Source: Chloroflexota bacterium (GTDB lineage Bacteria; Chloroflexota; UBA11872; VXNJ01). From it: a stretch of 64,000 nucleotides of DNA. Each line of letters opens with the position of its first letter. Position 1 is the first letter of the stretch. The stretch spans positions 406,196 to 470,195 of the forward strand of contig OZ242304.1 of the NCBI GenBank assembly GCA_965207915.1, written 5' to 3'. The translations under genes were made by a program, and so were the position numbers. The notes beneath the pieces are model-generated. The model did no database searches and was not told the origin of the DNA. It saw only the letters and a list, made by a program, of their open reading frames with translations. Shown one piece after another: positions 10,331-25,256 of this stretch.

Positions 10331-12388
10331 TCACGCGCGGCTCCCCGCAAGCGAGGACGCGTTGGTCGGTTCGTAACGGGCAAACTCCATCGAAAACGTC
10401 CCTCTCCCCTGGGTTTGGGAGCGGAGTTCGCTGGCGTAACCAAACATCCCCGCCAACGGGACTTCGGCCTCTATCAGGACCTCCGACCCGTCGCTGTCGG
10501 CCCTGCGGATATTGCCCCGCTTGGCCGCCAGGTTTCCGATGATTTCCCCCATATACGTATCCGGCGCGCGGATTTCCAGTTCCATGATTGGTTCGAGTGC
10601 CACCGCGGAGGCGCGTTCGAATGCGTCGCGCACGGCCATTGCGGCAGCGATGCGAAAAGCGATCTCTGATGAGTCAACCACGTGATACGACCCGTCAATG
10701 ACTCTGGTGTGTACACCGGTCATCGGGTAGCCGTGCGGTCCCTCGGTCATGGCGTCGCCGACGCCCTGCTCCACAGCGGCCATGAATTCTAAGGGAATCG
10801 TGCCGCCGACGATCCTGCTTTCGAAGGAATTTTCCACTCCGTCTTCGGTGGGTTCCACTTCGAGAACGACATGCCCGAATTGGCCCCGCCCGCCACTCTG
10901 GCGAACGAATTTACCCACCCCGGTCGCGGCCCGTCGAATGGTCTCCCGATAGGCAACTTGCGGCGCCCCGACCGACGAACGCACCGCGAATTCGCGCAAC
11001 AGGCGGTCGACGATTACCTCGAGATGTAACTCGCCCATTCCGGCGATCAGGGTCTGCCCGGTCTCGATATCGGATGTGACCCTGAATGTCGGGTCTTCGT
11101 CGGCGAGACGGACCAGCGCGGCTCCCAGCTTGTCCTGGTCGGCGCGCGAGGCCGGTTCGACCGCGACCTTGACCACCGGCTCCGGAAAGTTGATCGATTC
11201 CAGCAGCAGCGGCTGATTCTGGTTGCAGATCGTATCGCCGGTGAAAGTGTCCTTGAGGCCGATGATGGCACCGATTTCGCCTGCGCCAAGTCCCTCGTCT
11301 AGTTGTTCGCGTTTGTCGGCATGCATGCGCAGGATCCGGCCCACGCGCTCGCGCTTGCGGCGGGTCGTGTTGTAGATGTAACTGCCCGGCTTGATCCGGC
11401 CCGAATAGAGGCGGACGTAGGTCAGTCGTCCGGCGAAGGGATCGGTCGTTACCTTGAACGCCAGTCCCGCCGGCGGCGCGTCGTCTTCCGGTGGGCACCG
11501 CACGTCGGCGCCCGTCTTGGGGTGGGTGCCGCTGATAACCGGTACGTCCAACGGAGAGGGCAGGTAATCGACGATCGAGTCGATGACCGCCTCTATCCCC
11601 TTGTTGCGCAGGGCCGATCCACAAAGGACGGGAATGGCGGTGTTGGCCACTGTTATGCGGCGCAGCGCGTCGGAGAGATCCTGATTGGAAATCGGGTCGT
11701 TCTCGAGGAACTTTTCGGCTATGTCTGTGTCGAAGTCGGCAATTTCCTCGATCATGTGCTCACGGGCCGCACGCGCCTTGCTCACGAGCTCCGGCTCGAT
11801 CTCGCTTATCCGGACGTGGTCGAGACCATCGTCTATGAAATTGCGCTGGTTGAACGCGACCAGATCGACCACGCCCCGGAATTCGTCCTCGCGGCCGACC
11901 GGCATTTGGCAGCGGATTGGAATCGCGTTGAGGCGGGCGCGGATCATCTCGACGGTACGCTCCAGGCTGGCGCCGCGGCGGTCCATCTTGTTGACCAGGG
12001 CAACCCGGGGAACCGAATATTTGTCGGCCTGACGCCACACCGTCTCGGTCTGCGGCTGGACGCCGGCGACCGCATCCAGAACCACCACCCCGCCGTCCAG
12101 GACGCGCAGCGAACGTTCGACTTCGGCAGTGAAGTCCACGTGGCCGGGCGTGTCGATGATGTTGATGGTGTGGTCGCGCCATTGGCAGGTGGTGGCGGCC
12201 GCGGTTATTGTTATGCCGCGTTCGCGCTCCTGCACCATCCAATCCATCGTCGCCGCACCTTCGTGAACTTCGCCGGTGCGGTGAATCCGGCCGGTGTACA
12301 GCAGGATGCGTTCGGTGACCGTGGTCTTACCGGCATCGATGTGGGCAATGATGCCAATGTTGCGGGTGCGGGCAAGTCGAGCCGACAT
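10331..12388 (-). CDS. fusA: elongation factor G
   Basis: 685 aa, AHIDAGKTT...DTPGHVDF GTPase motifs plus EF-G domains. Confidence 0.96.
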   Translation of the reverse strand: MSARLARTRNIGIIAHIDAGKTTVTERILLYTGRIHRTGEVHEGAATMDWMVQERERGITITAAATTCQWRDHTINIIDTPGHVDFTAEVERSLRVLDGGVVVLDAVAGVQPQTETVWRQADKYSVPRVALVNKMDRRGASLERTVEMIRARLNAIPIRCQMPVGREDEFRGVVDLVAFNQRNFIDDGLDHVRISEIEPELVSKARAAREHMIEEIADFDTDIAEKFLENDPISNQDLSDALRRITVANTAIPVLCGSALRNKGIEAVIDSIVDYLPSPLDVPVISGTHPKTGADVRCPPEDDAPPAGLAFKVTTDPFAGRLTYVRLYSGRIKPGSYIYNTTRRKRERVGRILRMHADKREQLDEGLGAGEIGAIIGLKDTFTGDTICNQNQPLLLESINFPEPVVKVAVEPASRADQDKLGAALVRLADEDPTFRVTSDIETGQTLIAGMGELHLEVIVDRLLREFAVRSSVGAPQVAYRETIRRAATGVGKFVRQSGGRGQFGHVVLEVEPTEDGVENSFESRIVGGTIPLEFMAAVEQGVGDAMTEGPHGYPMTGVHTRVIDGSYHVVDSSEIAFRIAAAMAVRDAFERASAVALEPIMELEIRAPDTYMGEIIGNLAAKRGNIRRADSDGSEVLIEAEVPLAGMFGYASELRSQTQGRGTFSMEFARYEPTNASSLAGSRA

Positions 12389-12434
12389 GAAAAGGACCTG
12401 GCGAAGTTATGGGTTGGTTGCGGACTGCGAAGCT

Positions 12435-12905
12435 CTACCAGCGGTAGTGCGCAAACGCCTTGTTGGCTTCGGCCATCCGATGGCTTTCTTCGCGGCGGCG
12501 CACTGCCTGGCCCTCGTGCCGGTAGGCGTCGAGGATCTCACCGGCCAGGCGACGGACCATTGTTTTTTCGCCGCGGCGGCGGGCGGCCTGAACCAGCCAG
12601 CGGGTGGCCAGAGAGAACCGGCGTTCGCCGCGGATCTCGATGGGTACTTGGTAAGTGGCCCCGCCGACTCGGCGCGGCCGGACCTCGAGTTGCGGCGTGG
12701 CGTTGCGCAACGCCTGCTCGAAAATTTCAATCGGATTCTGGTTGACCCGTTCTTCAATCAGGTCAAACGCGTCATAGAGCAGGCGCCGGGCCAAGCTCTT
12801 CTTACCCCGAGTCATCAGCACGTTGATGAAGCGGGATACCGAGCGGTTGCCGAATTTGGGATCCGGCAAAACAGGGCGGCGGGCGGGTCGGTTACGGCGG
12901 GGCAT
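12435..12905 (-). CDS. rpsG: 30S ribosomal protein S7
   Basis: 156 aa, MPRRNRPARRPVLPDPKFGNRSVSRFINVLM canonical S7. Confidence 0.95.
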   Translation of the reverse strand: MPRRNRPARRPVLPDPKFGNRSVSRFINVLMTRGKKSLARRLLYDAFDLIEERVNQNPIEIFEQALRNATPQLEVRPRRVGGATYQVPIEIRGERRFSLATRWLVQAARRRGEKTMVRRLAGEILDAYRHEGQAVRRREESHRMAEANKAFAHYRW

Positions 12906-12934
12906 CTCGAAGGCTTACTGCGACGGCGGTTCGA

Positions 12935-13351
12935 TTAATGGGCGTCCCGCTTGGACCCGTACTTGGATCGTCCCTGGCGGCGATTCTCGACGCCGGTGGC
13001 GTCGTAGGCGCCCCGGACGATGTGGTATCGGACCCCCGGCAGGTCGCGCACACGCCCGCCGCGGACAAGCACGACTGAGTGCTCTTGCAGGGTGTGGCCT
13101 TCGCCCGGAATGTAAGCCAGCAGCTCCATTCCGTTCGAGAGTCTGACTCGCGCAACTTTGCGCAGCGCGGAATTGGGTTTCTTGGGCGTGACCGTGCGCA
13201 CCTGCACGCACACGCCGCGCTTCTGCGGAGCCCCTCCGGTGCGAATGAGGCGTCGCTGGTTCGAGTTATAGGAGTAGTGCAACGCCGGCGTCGTCACCTT
13301 GCGGCGAGGGCTGCGGCGCCCTTTGCGAACCAGTTGGTTAATCGTGGGCAC
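12935..13351 (-). CDS. rpsL: 30S ribosomal protein S12
   Basis: 138 aa, [13 protein letters not shown]...[11 protein letters not shown] canonical S12. Confidence 0.96.
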   Translation of the reverse strand: MPTINQLVRKGRRSPRRKVTTPALHYSYNSNQRRLIRTGGAPQKRGVCVQVRTVTPKKPNSALRKVARVRLSNGMELLAYIPGEGHTLQEHSVVLVRGGRVRDLPGVRYHIVRGAYDATGVENRRQGRSKYGSKRDAH

Positions 13352-13424
13352 AGCTATTCCGGGGCGAGGGACGGGGAACTTGATGACGGCTGTGCAAACC
13401 GCCTGCCGGACCCGGTGGGCGAGG

Positions 13425-13445
13425 CAAGCAGAGTATAGCAGCCAT
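13425..13445 (-). promoter_or_regulatory. putative extended -10 promoter (TGcTATACT) upstream of the rpsL-rpsG-fusA-tuf operon
   Basis: Minus-strand reading gives ...ggcTGcTATACTctgc... in the 117-bp rpoC-rpsL spacer. Confidence 0.35.
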
Positions 13446-13468
13446 CCAGGCCGATTCCGGGGAGCCGG

Positions 13469-16400
13469 TCAGGAGTACGGGTAGTCCGCGAAGCCGTCTT
13501 CAAATCCGTCCGCGCCCTCCATCTGGGTGGAGGCTTGCCAGCGCTCCTCCTCCAGGCGTTGCAGCTCTTCGAGTTGCCGCTTGAGCTCCTCGCGCTCCTC
13601 GCGGCGCGCGTTGATTCGCGCCACCACTTTGGCCGCACCGGTGAGCTCGTCATTGGAGCCGGCCGGCGCGAAGCGGTGGAAGTAGCCAGTCCCCGCCGGG
13701 ATCAGCTTGCCGACAATCACGTTTTCCTTGAGCCCGACCAGGCTGTCGCGGGCACCTTCAAGGGCGGATTCGGTAAGGACCCGCGTGGTGTCCTGGAACG
13801 AGGCGGCCGACAGGAAACTGTCGGAGTACAGCGAAGCCTTGGTAACACCCAGCAGCACCCGTTCGCCGGTGGCCGGCTCGGCCGACAGTGAATTTACGCG
13901 GTTGAATTCGCGCGCATCGACGTATTCGTCGGGCAGCAGCACGGTGTCGCCCGGGGTGAGCACCTTGACCCTTCGCAGCATCTGCTTGATTACCAATTCA
14001 ACGTGCTTGTCGTGGACAGGGACGCCGACTACCGAGTAAACGCCTTGGATTTCGGCCAGCAGGTATTGCTCGACCTTGCTGAGGCTCTCGCTCTCGGAGG
14101 TTCCAGCCAGACGCAGGATGTCGTGCGGATTGAGCGGGCCTTCGGTCAACTGGGTGCCGCGCTCGACGCGGGACCCGTCGTCAACCATCACTCGGGTTGT
14201 TACCGGGACCGCATATCGGATCGATTCATGCAGGATGATCTTGCCCTCGACCATTTCCAACTGGCCCGAAACCGGAGCCAGCAGGTAGTCCTCGGCGCTC
14301 TGCCGCTTGGCGATTCGCGTTCCCTGCTTTACCACGCCGCCGGATTTGCCCAGCGCGCGGTATTCGTCGCCAAGTTCTATTTCGTGCTGCTGCACGAGCT
14401 CAAGGGTGACGCCGTCGTCGGACCGTTTGACCGACACGACGCCGCCAAAGTCGGCGATCACGGCCTGGCCGCGTGGGGTGCGGGCCTCGAAGAGCTCCTC
14501 GACCCGCGGCAGGCCACGAGTGATGTCCTCCTCGCGGAAAGTTCCGCCGGTGTGGAAGGTGCGCATCGTCAGCTGGGTGGCGGGTTCGCCAATTGACTGG
14601 GCGGCGATGATGCCCACCGCGGTACCCAATTCGACCGGTTCGTGCCGGGCCAGGTCAAATCCGTAGCAGGACTGACAGATTCCGTTCTGGGCCTCGCACT
14701 TCATGACCGAGCGGACATGGACTTCATCAAATTTGAATCTTTCGATCAGCTCCATCAGCTCGAGGTTGATGACTCGGCCGGCGTCGGCCAGGATTTCTCC
14801 GGTTTCCGGATCCACGAGCGGCGCCGCCAGAGTGCGCGAGTAAACCCGTTCTGGCAGGTCCTTGCCAAACAACTGCGAATCGGAAGCGCGAACCGGGATC
14901 GAACGTTCGGTTCCACAATCGTGCTCGGCGATGATCAGGTCCTGGCAGACGTCGACCAAGCGCCGGGTCAGGTACCCGGAGTCGGCGGTGCGCAACGCGG
15001 TATCAGCCAGTCCCTTGCGCGCGCCGTGGGTGGATATGAAGTATTCGAAGACTGAGAGTCCCTCGCGGAAGTTGGCGCGGACCGGCATTTCGATGACCCG
15101 ACCGCCCGGATCGGACATCAGCCCGCGCATGCCGGCAATCTGTCTGATCTGGTCGAAATTGCCCTTGGCCGCCCCGGAAGCGCCCATCAGGTAGACCGAA
15201 TCGCGCTTGTCGAGGCACTCCTCGACCTCGGCCGACACCCGCTGGGTGGCTTCGGCCCAGTGCTTGACGTGCAACCGGTACCGTTCGTCCTCGGTCAGCA
15301 GGCCGTCTTCGAACTGCTCGGAGATCTCCCCGACGAGCTCTTCGGTCTCGGTCAGGATCTGCGGTTTGTCGGGCGGAATCGTAAGGTCCGACAGCGCCAT
15401 CGTCACCCCGGACCGGGTAGCCCAATGGAAACCGGTCGACATGACTTGGTCGCCCACCTGGGCGCAAACGGCGGTGCCGTAATCGGAATAGACGTCGTTG
15501 ATCAGCTGCTTGAGCGCACCTTTGTCCATGACCTTGCCGTAGGGGCGCATCGGAACCGGCAGGATCCGATCGAATATCACCCGGCCGACGGTCGTCTCGT
15601 AGAGCGATCCCTCGGGTTGTTCATCGCCGACCCCGACTTCGTCGGAATTGGCGCGCAGGCGGATCGGGGTGTGCAGCTGCACCAGGCCCGACTCGTAGGC
15701 GTGCAGGGCCTCGTCCTGGCCGGTGAACGTGCGAAGTTCGTTGGGGTCGGCGACCGCTTCGGGTTCCAGGGTCAGGTAGTAGCAGCCCAGGATCATGTCC
15801 TTGGTGGGCGAAATCACCGGCGAGCCGTCGGCCGGCGAGAGCAGGTTCTGCGAACTGAGCATGAGTTCGCGGGCCTCTTCCTGGGCGATCTCAGAGAGCG
15901 GTACGTGAACCGCCATCTGGTCACCGTCGAAGTCGGCGTTGTAAGCAAAGCAGACCAGGGGATGAATGCGGATCGCGCCGCCGTGGACCAGGCGGATTCG
16001 GAACGCCTGGATTCCCAGGCGGTGCAGCGTCGGAGCCCGATTGAGCATGATCGGGTGTTCGCGGGTCACGTCTTCCAGGATGTCCCAGACTTCCGGGTCG
16101 ACCCGCTCGACGATCCGCTTGGCGCTCTTGATGTTCGAGGCGATTCCGCGCATAACCAGCTGCTGCATTACGAACGGCTTGAACAGCTCCAGCGCCATGC
16201 CGGAAGGCAATCCGCATTCGTCCAGGGCCAATTCGGGACCGACCACGATGACCGATCGACCGGAATAGTCGACTCGCTTGCCCAGCAGGTTCTGGCGGAA
16301 CCGTCCTTGCTTGCCGCGAAGCAGGTCGGAAAGGCTCTTGTACATGTGCTGCGAGGAGCTCTGCGCCGGGCGGCCGCGTCGGCCGTTGTCGATCAGCGCG

Positions 16401-17830
16401 TCGACCGCTTCCTGGAGCATCCGCTTCTCGTTGCGCAGGATGATGTCCGGGGCCCCCAGATCAAGCAGGCGCTTGAGCCGGTTGTTTCGGTTGATCACGC
16501 GGCGGTATAGGTCGTTCAGATCGGAGGTGGCGAAGCGCCCGCCGTCCAGCTGCACCATTGGCCGAAGCTCCGGCGGCAGCACCGGCAGGACGGTGTAGAC
16601 CATCCACTCGGGCCGGTTCTCGGACCGCCGGATCGACTCGATCACGCGCAGCCGCTTGACCGCCTTGCGGCGCCGCTGGGTCGACTTCGAGTTCAGGTCC
16701 TCACGAAGCTGCTCGGCCTCGACGTCGATGTCTTTCTTGCGGATCAGTTCGAGGATCGCCTCGGCCCCGCTCATCGCCTCAAACACTTCCCCGACCGTCT
16801 CGTTGAGCTGGTAGTAGCGGTCCTCGGACAACAGCATCAGTTCGCTGTCGTCGCCGGCCTTGGCCAACTCGACCAGGTGATCGCGGCGGCGGTTGAAGAA
16901 TTCTTCCTTTTCGGCCAAAAGCTGCTCGATGCGCGCGTCGGCACCGTCTTTTTCGGCCTGGACGCGGGCCCGTTCCTTGGCCATGTCTTCTTCGAAGCGC
17001 TGGCCCAGCTCGGCGATCTCAACCTGTTCGCGCTCGACCATGCGGGCCAGTTCGGACTTGAGCGCGCGCGTGACCCGGCTGCGGTGCTTGGGTTCGATCA
17101 CCTCGCCGTGCTCGACCACCGGATCCTCGCGGAAGGAGAGCCGCAGGTCGTCCAGGGCGGCCTCGCCGCGGTTCTCGCCGAGCACCTTCAGCAGGCGCTT
17201 GGATTCTTCCTCGCGGTCGGCCCGGCGGCGCGATTCCTGGTCCTTAAGCCGGTCGGTCTGCAGGACAAGTTCGTTCTGCATCTCCTCGAGCGAGACCTTG
17301 AGGTCCTCCTCGAGCTGCTCGATCCGGTCCAGCTCCTCTTCGCGCACGGCGCGCAATTCGAGTTTGAGGTCGCGATCGAGATTATCGAGCCCCTCCAGCC
17401 GTCGCTCCTCGTCCATCGCGGTAATTACGAAGGAGGCGAAGTAGACGATTGCCTCGAGCTTCTTGGGGCTTATGTCGAGCATTTGCCCGATCCGCGACGG
17501 CGACCCCTTCACGAACCAGATGTGGGCCACTGGAGCGGCCAGCTCGATATGCGCCATGCGCTCGCGGCGCACCCGCGAGCGGGTCACTTCGACCTCGCAC
17601 TTGTCGCAGGTTATCCCCTTGTAGGTGATGCGCTTGTACTTGCCGCAGGCGCATTCCCAGTCCTTGGTGGGTCCGAAAATGCGCTCACAGAAAAGACCGT
17701 CCCGCTCCGGCTTCAGGGTGCGGTAGTTGATCGTTTCCGGCTTGGTCACCTCGCCATGCGACTGCTCGCGGATCTGCTCCGGCGATGACAGTCCGATCTG
17801 GATCGAAGCGAACTCGTTGACTCTTATCAC
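13469..17830 (-). CDS. rpoC: DNA-directed RNA polymerase subunit beta' (long, 1453 aa, with lineage-specific insertions)
   Basis: Zn-binding CxxC..C, the NADFDGD catalytic motif, trigger loop/bridge helix regions. Confidence 0.97.
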   Translation of the reverse strand: MIRVNEFASIQIGLSSPEQIREQSHGEVTKPETINYRTLKPERDGLFCERIFGPTKDWECACGKYKRITYKGITCDKCEVEVTRSRVRRERMAHIELAAPVAHIWFVKGSPSRIGQMLDISPKKLEAIVYFASFVITAMDEERRLEGLDNLDRDLKLELRAVREEELDRIEQLEEDLKVSLEEMQNELVLQTDRLKDQESRRRADREEESKRLLKVLGENRGEAALDDLRLSFREDPVVEHGEVIEPKHRSRVTRALKSELARMVEREQVEIAELGQRFEEDMAKERARVQAEKDGADARIEQLLAEKEEFFNRRRDHLVELAKAGDDSELMLLSEDRYYQLNETVGEVFEAMSGAEAILELIRKKDIDVEAEQLREDLNSKSTQRRRKAVKRLRVIESIRRSENRPEWMVYTVLPVLPPELRPMVQLDGGRFATSDLNDLYRRVINRNNRLKRLLDLGAPDIILRNEKRMLQEAVDALIDNGRRGRPAQSSSQHMYKSLSDLLRGKQGRFRQNLLGKRVDYSGRSVIVVGPELALDECGLPSGMALELFKPFVMQQLVMRGIASNIKSAKRIVERVDPEVWDILEDVTREHPIMLNRAPTLHRLGIQAFRIRLVHGGAIRIHPLVCFAYNADFDGDQMAVHVPLSEIAQEEARELMLSSQNLLSPADGSPVISPTKDMILGCYYLTLEPEAVADPNELRTFTGQDEALHAYESGLVQLHTPIRLRANSDEVGVGDEQPEGSLYETTVGRVIFDRILPVPMRPYGKVMDKGALKQLINDVYSDYGTAVCAQVGDQVMSTGFHWATRSGVTMALSDLTIPPDKPQILTETEELVGEISEQFEDGLLTEDERYRLHVKHWAEATQRVSAEVEECLDKRDSVYLMGASGAAKGNFDQIRQIAGMRGLMSDPGGRVIEMPVRANFREGLSVFEYFISTHGARKGLADTALRTADSGYLTRRLVDVCQDLIIAEHDCGTERSIPVRASDSQLFGKDLPERVYSRTLAAPLVDPETGEILADAGRVINLELMELIERFKFDEVHVRSVMKCEAQNGICQSCYGFDLARHEPVELGTAVGIIAAQSIGEPATQLTMRTFHTGGTFREEDITRGLPRVEELFEARTPRGQAVIADFGGVVSVKRSDDGVTLELVQQHEIELGDEYRALGKSGGVVKQGTRIAKRQSAEDYLLAPVSGQLEMVEGKIILHESIRYAVPVTTRVMVDDGSRVERGTQLTEGPLNPHDILRLAGTSESESLSKVEQYLLAEIQGVYSVVGVPVHDKHVELVIKQMLRRVKVLTPGDTVLLPDEYVDAREFNRVNSLSAEPATGERVLLGVTKASLYSDSFLSAASFQDTTRVLTESALEGARDSLVGLKENVIVGKLIPAGTGYFHRFAPAGSNDELTGAAKVVARINARREEREELKRQLEELQRLEEERWQASTQMEGADGFEDGFADYPYS

Positions 17831-17848
17831 TGAATGTCCCTTTCGACC

Positions 17849-21361
<3,513 letters not shown>

Positions 21362-21571
21362 ACCCTTGTCAGGGGTGCGGGAAGGGCGAACGTGTGTCTT
21401 GTCTGGTACGACAAGCTACGGACGGCTGATCGCTGGCTTCAGGACCTGCCGCCGCGTTGGAAGCATCAAGGGCGCTAAGCGCGTCCTCCGTTGTTCATTA
21501 GGGGCTATTTTAGCAACCCCGTCAGCCGCGCACCGCCGGGTAATTGAGGCCGCCGCAGTCAGGAACTTTGC

Positions 21572-21931
21572 TCAACCGGGCGGCCAGTCCATCCTTCGTC
21601 CGGCCAGCAGGTGGATGTGTAGGTGCGGGACCGTTTGGGCGCCGTCGCGGCCCTCATTGATTACCAGCCGGTATCCGTCCTCTTCGATGCCGGCGCGACG
21701 CGCGTGGAGCGTGAGGGCTCCCACCAGGTCGGCAATCTGGGCGGGGTTGTCATCGGCGGCGGCGGCTACGCCGGAAACGTGCCGCGTGGGGATCGCCAGC
21801 AGGTGGGTGGGCGCGGCCGGCGCGATGTCGGAAAAGATCATCCAGTCTTCGCAGCGGTCGATTACGTCGGCCGGCAATTCACCGGCCGCGATCCGGCAGA
21901 AGATGCAGTCGCTAGCCAAGGCGCGCTCCAA
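21572..21931 (-). CDS. HIT-family (histidine triad) nucleotide hydrolase
   Basis: 119 aa, CIFCRI...APTHLLAIPTRHV...HLHIHLL histidine-triad motif. Confidence 0.85.
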   Translation of the reverse strand: MERALASDCIFCRIAAGELPADVIDRCEDWMIFSDIAPAAPTHLLAIPTRHVSGVAAAADDNPAQIADLVGALTLHARRAGIEEDGYRLVINEGRDGAQTVPHLHIHLLAGRRMDWPPG

Positions 21932-21954
21932 TTCCCAGTGATCTTTGCCGGCGC

Positions 21955-23232
21955 TCAGTTCGCGGCCGCCGCCGGCACCGCCACCAGGCCGTCGTCGCCG
22001 GCCGCCAGCTTTACTTCTTGCAGGGTACCGGTGACCGGTTCAAAGCCCAGCGGCCGGGCCCGCAGGTAGTTGCGCGTCAACCCCATGCAACGACCGGATG
22101 GATCCCTCTCCCACAATACCTGCGCCCGCGAACCGACGAACCCCGCCAGGTAGCGCTCGGACAGCCCGCCCGCCAGATCCAAAGCTTCGCTCATTCGCCG
22201 GCGCAGGGTCTGATCGTCAACGTGGTCGTCGCGACGCGCCGCCAGCGTGCGGGCGCGCCGCGAGTAGGGAAAAACGTGCATGTACGAATAGCCCATCTGG
22301 GCGCAGAACCGCAACGAGCGCCGGTGGTCGTCTTCGCTTTCCCCCGGAAAACCCACCATCAGATCGGTCCCGATCGCCACCGATGGATCAGCGGCGCGCA
22401 GCCGGTCGACGATTTCCGCGTATTCGGCTGGCCGGTAGGGTCGGCGCATACCCTGCAGGACCGCCGCCGAACCCGACTGCAGCGGCAGATGAAAATGGGA
22501 ACAGATCCGGCCGGCGGCCAGCAGGTCGTAGAGCCGGGGGTCAAAATCCATCGGTTCAATCGACGAGAGCCGGATGCGCGACGGCACCCGGTCGGCGACC
22601 CATTCGACAAGTTCGCCCAGACCGATTCCGCTGTCCGGGCAGCGGTAACTCCCCAGCGCTATCCCCGCCAGCACGACTTCGGGCGACCCGCCGCGGGCAA
22701 ATTCCTGCACCCGTTCGAGCACATGACCGCGGGTGCGCGACCGGGGGCCGCCGCGGGCCCGCGGAACGATGCAGAACGCGCAGCCGTGGCGGCAACCCTC
22801 CTGGATTTTTACGGTGGGGCGGGTACGCCGGCGCTCCCCGAATCGGATAGCGGTGAAGTCGCGCCCGCGGTCACCGGCTGAATGGGAGTCGGCGATGGCG
22901 GCGGCAACCTCGCGCGGGGGCGCCCGGCCCATGACGCGGGCACCGGGAAAGTGCACGCGGATCGCCTCCGGGGCGACCGCGGCGTAGCAGCCGGTTACCA
23001 CCAGTTCGGCCTCGGGACTGCGCCGCAACGCGCGGCCGATCGACTGGCGCGATTTGCGATCGGCGACATGGGTGACGGTGCAGGTGTTGACTATGACCAC
23101 GTCGGACGGAGCGCCGAAATCGACCAGGTCCATGCCGGCCTCCTCCAGGAGCCGCACGATTTCGTCGCTGTCGGCCTGGTTGACCCGGCAGCCGAGCGTC
23201 TTGAGCGAAAACGTGGGCGCCGGACGACCCAC
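21955..23232 (-). CDS. mtaB: tRNA methylthiotransferase, MtaB-like (radical SAM, no TRAM domain)
   Basis: 425 aa; N-terminal MTTase Cys triad (CRVNQ...NTCTVT...GCYA) and radical-SAM CRHGCAFC. Confidence 0.8.
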   Translation of the reverse strand: MGRPAPTFSLKTLGCRVNQADSDEIVRLLEEAGMDLVDFGAPSDVVIVNTCTVTHVADRKSRQSIGRALRRSPEAELVVTGCYAAVAPEAIRVHFPGARVMGRAPPREVAAAIADSHSAGDRGRDFTAIRFGERRRTRPTVKIQEGCRHGCAFCIVPRARGGPRSRTRGHVLERVQEFARGGSPEVVLAGIALGSYRCPDSGIGLGELVEWVADRVPSRIRLSSIEPMDFDPRLYDLLAAGRICSHFHLPLQSGSAAVLQGMRRPYRPAEYAEIVDRLRAADPSVAIGTDLMVGFPGESEDDHRRSLRFCAQMGYSYMHVFPYSRRARTLAARRDDHVDDQTLRRRMSEALDLAGGLSERYLAGFVGSRAQVLWERDPSGRCMGLTRNYLRARPLGFEPVTGTLQEVKLAAGDDGLVAVPAAAAN

Positions 23233-24162
23233 TCAAACGCCTTCCGGCCCGGAACAGCCCGGGCGTCGGCACAGCATGGTGGCCCACTCTTCATCGAGCG
23301 CGGTCTCACGGCGAGTCCAGCCGGCGGCGTCCAAGGATTCGGAAAGTCCCGCTATCCGCGGACGATAGATTCCCGAAAGCAGCAGCGGCCCCGCGGCGAC
23401 CACCGAATACGCCCCGAGCAATCGCTGGTGGGCGTCGGCGGTGATGTTGGCGACCACGACATCGAAAGCATCTCGACCCTCGGTCCAGCCGGGGCCCAGG
23501 TCGCCCGGTTCGACCCTGACGTTTGGCCCGCAGCGGTTGCGGCGCGCGTTCCGGCGGGCCAGCGCCACGGCTTCCCGATCCAGGTCAATCGCGGTAACCG
23601 CGGCGGCCCCCAGACGGGCCGCAGCAATCGCCAGGACGCCGGTCCCGGTACCAACGTCCAGCACCGTCCGCCCGGTCAGATCGAGCCCTTGCAGCGTCCG
23701 CAGCGCGCCGCGGGTCGAGGGGTGCAGGCCCGAGCCGAATGCGCCCGCCGCATCGATCCGCAGCACGCTTTCCGGAGCGGTCCCGGCCGGCACCTCCGCG
23801 TCGATCGGAACTAGCACCAGCGAACCGACCTCGATCGGTCGCTGGTAGCGCCGTTCGCGGGCGCGCCACTCTCGGCGGCCGGTTACCGTCTGGCGGACCG
23901 CGCGCAGGGACGGGACGTCGAGACCGGCCGCCATCCGCAGGTCGCTGAGCAGGGCGCTGGCCGCCGCCTGGGACCGGCCGGATTCCGGGAACCAGGCGGT
24001 AACCCGGCAGGAACCGGTCGGAACGCTCTCGTCCGGCGGGTCTTTGGCGAATTCCTCCTCGACCGCCACCGCGCGGCCGGCGCGGCGTTGCATTAGCAGG
24101 CGCACGTCTTCAGCCAGCGCCGCCGGCACGGTGACCTGGATCTGCCGCCAGGAGTCCCTCAC
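23233..24162 (-). CDS. prmA: ribosomal protein L11 methyltransferase
   Basis: 309 aa, LDVGTGTGVLAIAAARLGA SAM-binding motif; PrmA architecture. Confidence 0.82.
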   Translation of the reverse strand: MRDSWRQIQVTVPAALAEDVRLLMQRRAGRAVAVEEEFAKDPPDESVPTGSCRVTAWFPESGRSQAAASALLSDLRMAAGLDVPSLRAVRQTVTGRREWRARERRYQRPIEVGSLVLVPIDAEVPAGTAPESVLRIDAAGAFGSGLHPSTRGALRTLQGLDLTGRTVLDVGTGTGVLAIAAARLGAAAVTAIDLDREAVALARRNARRNRCGPNVRVEPGDLGPGWTEGRDAFDVVVANITADAHQRLLGAYSVVAAGPLLLSGIYRPRIAGLSESLDAAGWTRRETALDEEWATMLCRRPGCSGPEGV

Positions 24163-25256
24163 GTGAGCGCCTGGCGCAACCGTTCGGCCAGGCCCGGTGG
24201 CGGATCCTCCTCCTCGGCCAGCTGCTCGAAAAGGGCGCGTTGCTGTTTCGTCAACTTGCGCGGAATGGTCACCCGGGCCACCACGAAATGGTCGCCACGG
24301 CGCTGATCTCGCGGACTGGGCGCGCCGCGCCCCGCAAGCCGGACCGCTTCACCGGGCTGGGTGCCGGCTGCGAATTCGACCGTTTGCGGTCCGTCGACGG
24401 TCTCCACTTCGAGCTCCACGCCCAGGACCGCCTCGCTGACGCTCAGTTCGATCTCGGATTGCAGGTCGCGTCCCTGGCGGGCAATGCTTGGATGCGGCTC
24501 GACCGCGACAACCAAATACAGGTCCCCTGGCGGGCCGCCGTTGATTCCGCTGTCGCCCTGGCCCGAAATGCGGATTTCGGTCCCGTTGTCTACCCCGCCC
24601 GGGATGTCCACCTCAAGCTGCCGTTCCCGGTTCACCAGGCCCGCGCCTCGGCAGCCGTCGCAGCCGCGCTCGGCGATCCGCCCGGCGCCGCCGCAGTGCC
24701 GGCAGCCGGTAATGTTCACGAACTGCCCCAGGATCGAACGGGTCGCTGTGCGGACCTCGCCGGTCCCCCCGCACTGCCCGCAGTCGACCATCTTGCTGCC
24801 CGGGTCGAGGCCGTTGCCCCCGCAGTCGTCGCATAGCTCCTGGCGATTGACGGCGACCCCCAGCTTCAGGCCGTGCACGGCGCTGACGAAGTCGAGCTGG
24901 ATCCGCTGTTGTAGATCGCGACCGCGTTGCGGGGAATCGGCGCGCCGCCCGCCGCGGCCGAAGAACACGTCGAAGATGTCGCCGAATCCGGGAATGTCGA
25001 CCCCGCCAAAACCGGCTCCCGGACCACTCTGCAGCCCGCGCCAACCGAACTGGTCGAAGCGCTGCCGTTTCTCGGGATCCTTGAGCACGTCGTAGGCTGC
25101 CTGGATCTCCTTGAACCGGTCGGCCGCGTCCGGCTCGCGGCTCACGTCCGGATGGTGTTGCCGGGCCATCGCCCGGTAAGCCCGCGAGATGTCCTTCGCC
25201 CCGGCGTCGCGGGCTATGCCCAGCACTTCGTAGGGGTCGCGGCGGTCGGTGGCCAT
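24159..25256 (-). CDS. dnaJ: chaperone DnaJ (type I, with CxxCxGxG zinc finger)
   Basis: 365 aa; J-domain HPD, G/F region, four CxxCxGxG repeats. Confidence 0.93.
   Translation of the reverse strand: MATDRRDPYEVLGIARDAGAKDISRAYRAMARQHHPDVSREPDAADRFKEIQAAYDVLKDPEKRQRFDQFGWRGLQSGPGAGFGGVDIPGFGDIFDVFFGRGGRRADSPQRGRDLQQRIQLDFVSAVHGLKLGVAVNRQELCDDCGGNGLDPGSKMVDCGQCGGTGEVRTATRSILGQFVNITGCRHCGGAGRIAERGCDGCRGAGLVNRERQLEVDIPGGVDNGTEIRISGQGDSGINGGPPGDLYLVVAVEPHPSIARQGRDLQSEIELSVSEAVLGVELEVETVDGPQTVEFAAGTQPGEAVRLAGRGAPSPRDQRRGDHFVVARVTIPRKLTKQQRALFEQLAEEEDPPPGLAERLRQALT

Noticed and set aside
11303-12745. 480-aa plus-strand ORF
   Set aside because: Fully antisense to fusA; low-complexity Arg/Gly/Ala-rich translation typical of GC-driven spurious ORFs.
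15260-16510. 416-aa plus-strand ORF
   Set aside because: Antisense to the conserved core of rpoC; no domain signature; a GC-skew artefact.
22882-23814. 310-aa plus-strand ORF and other long ORFs opposite mtaB/prmA
   Set aside because: Antisense to well-supported genes; composition-driven.
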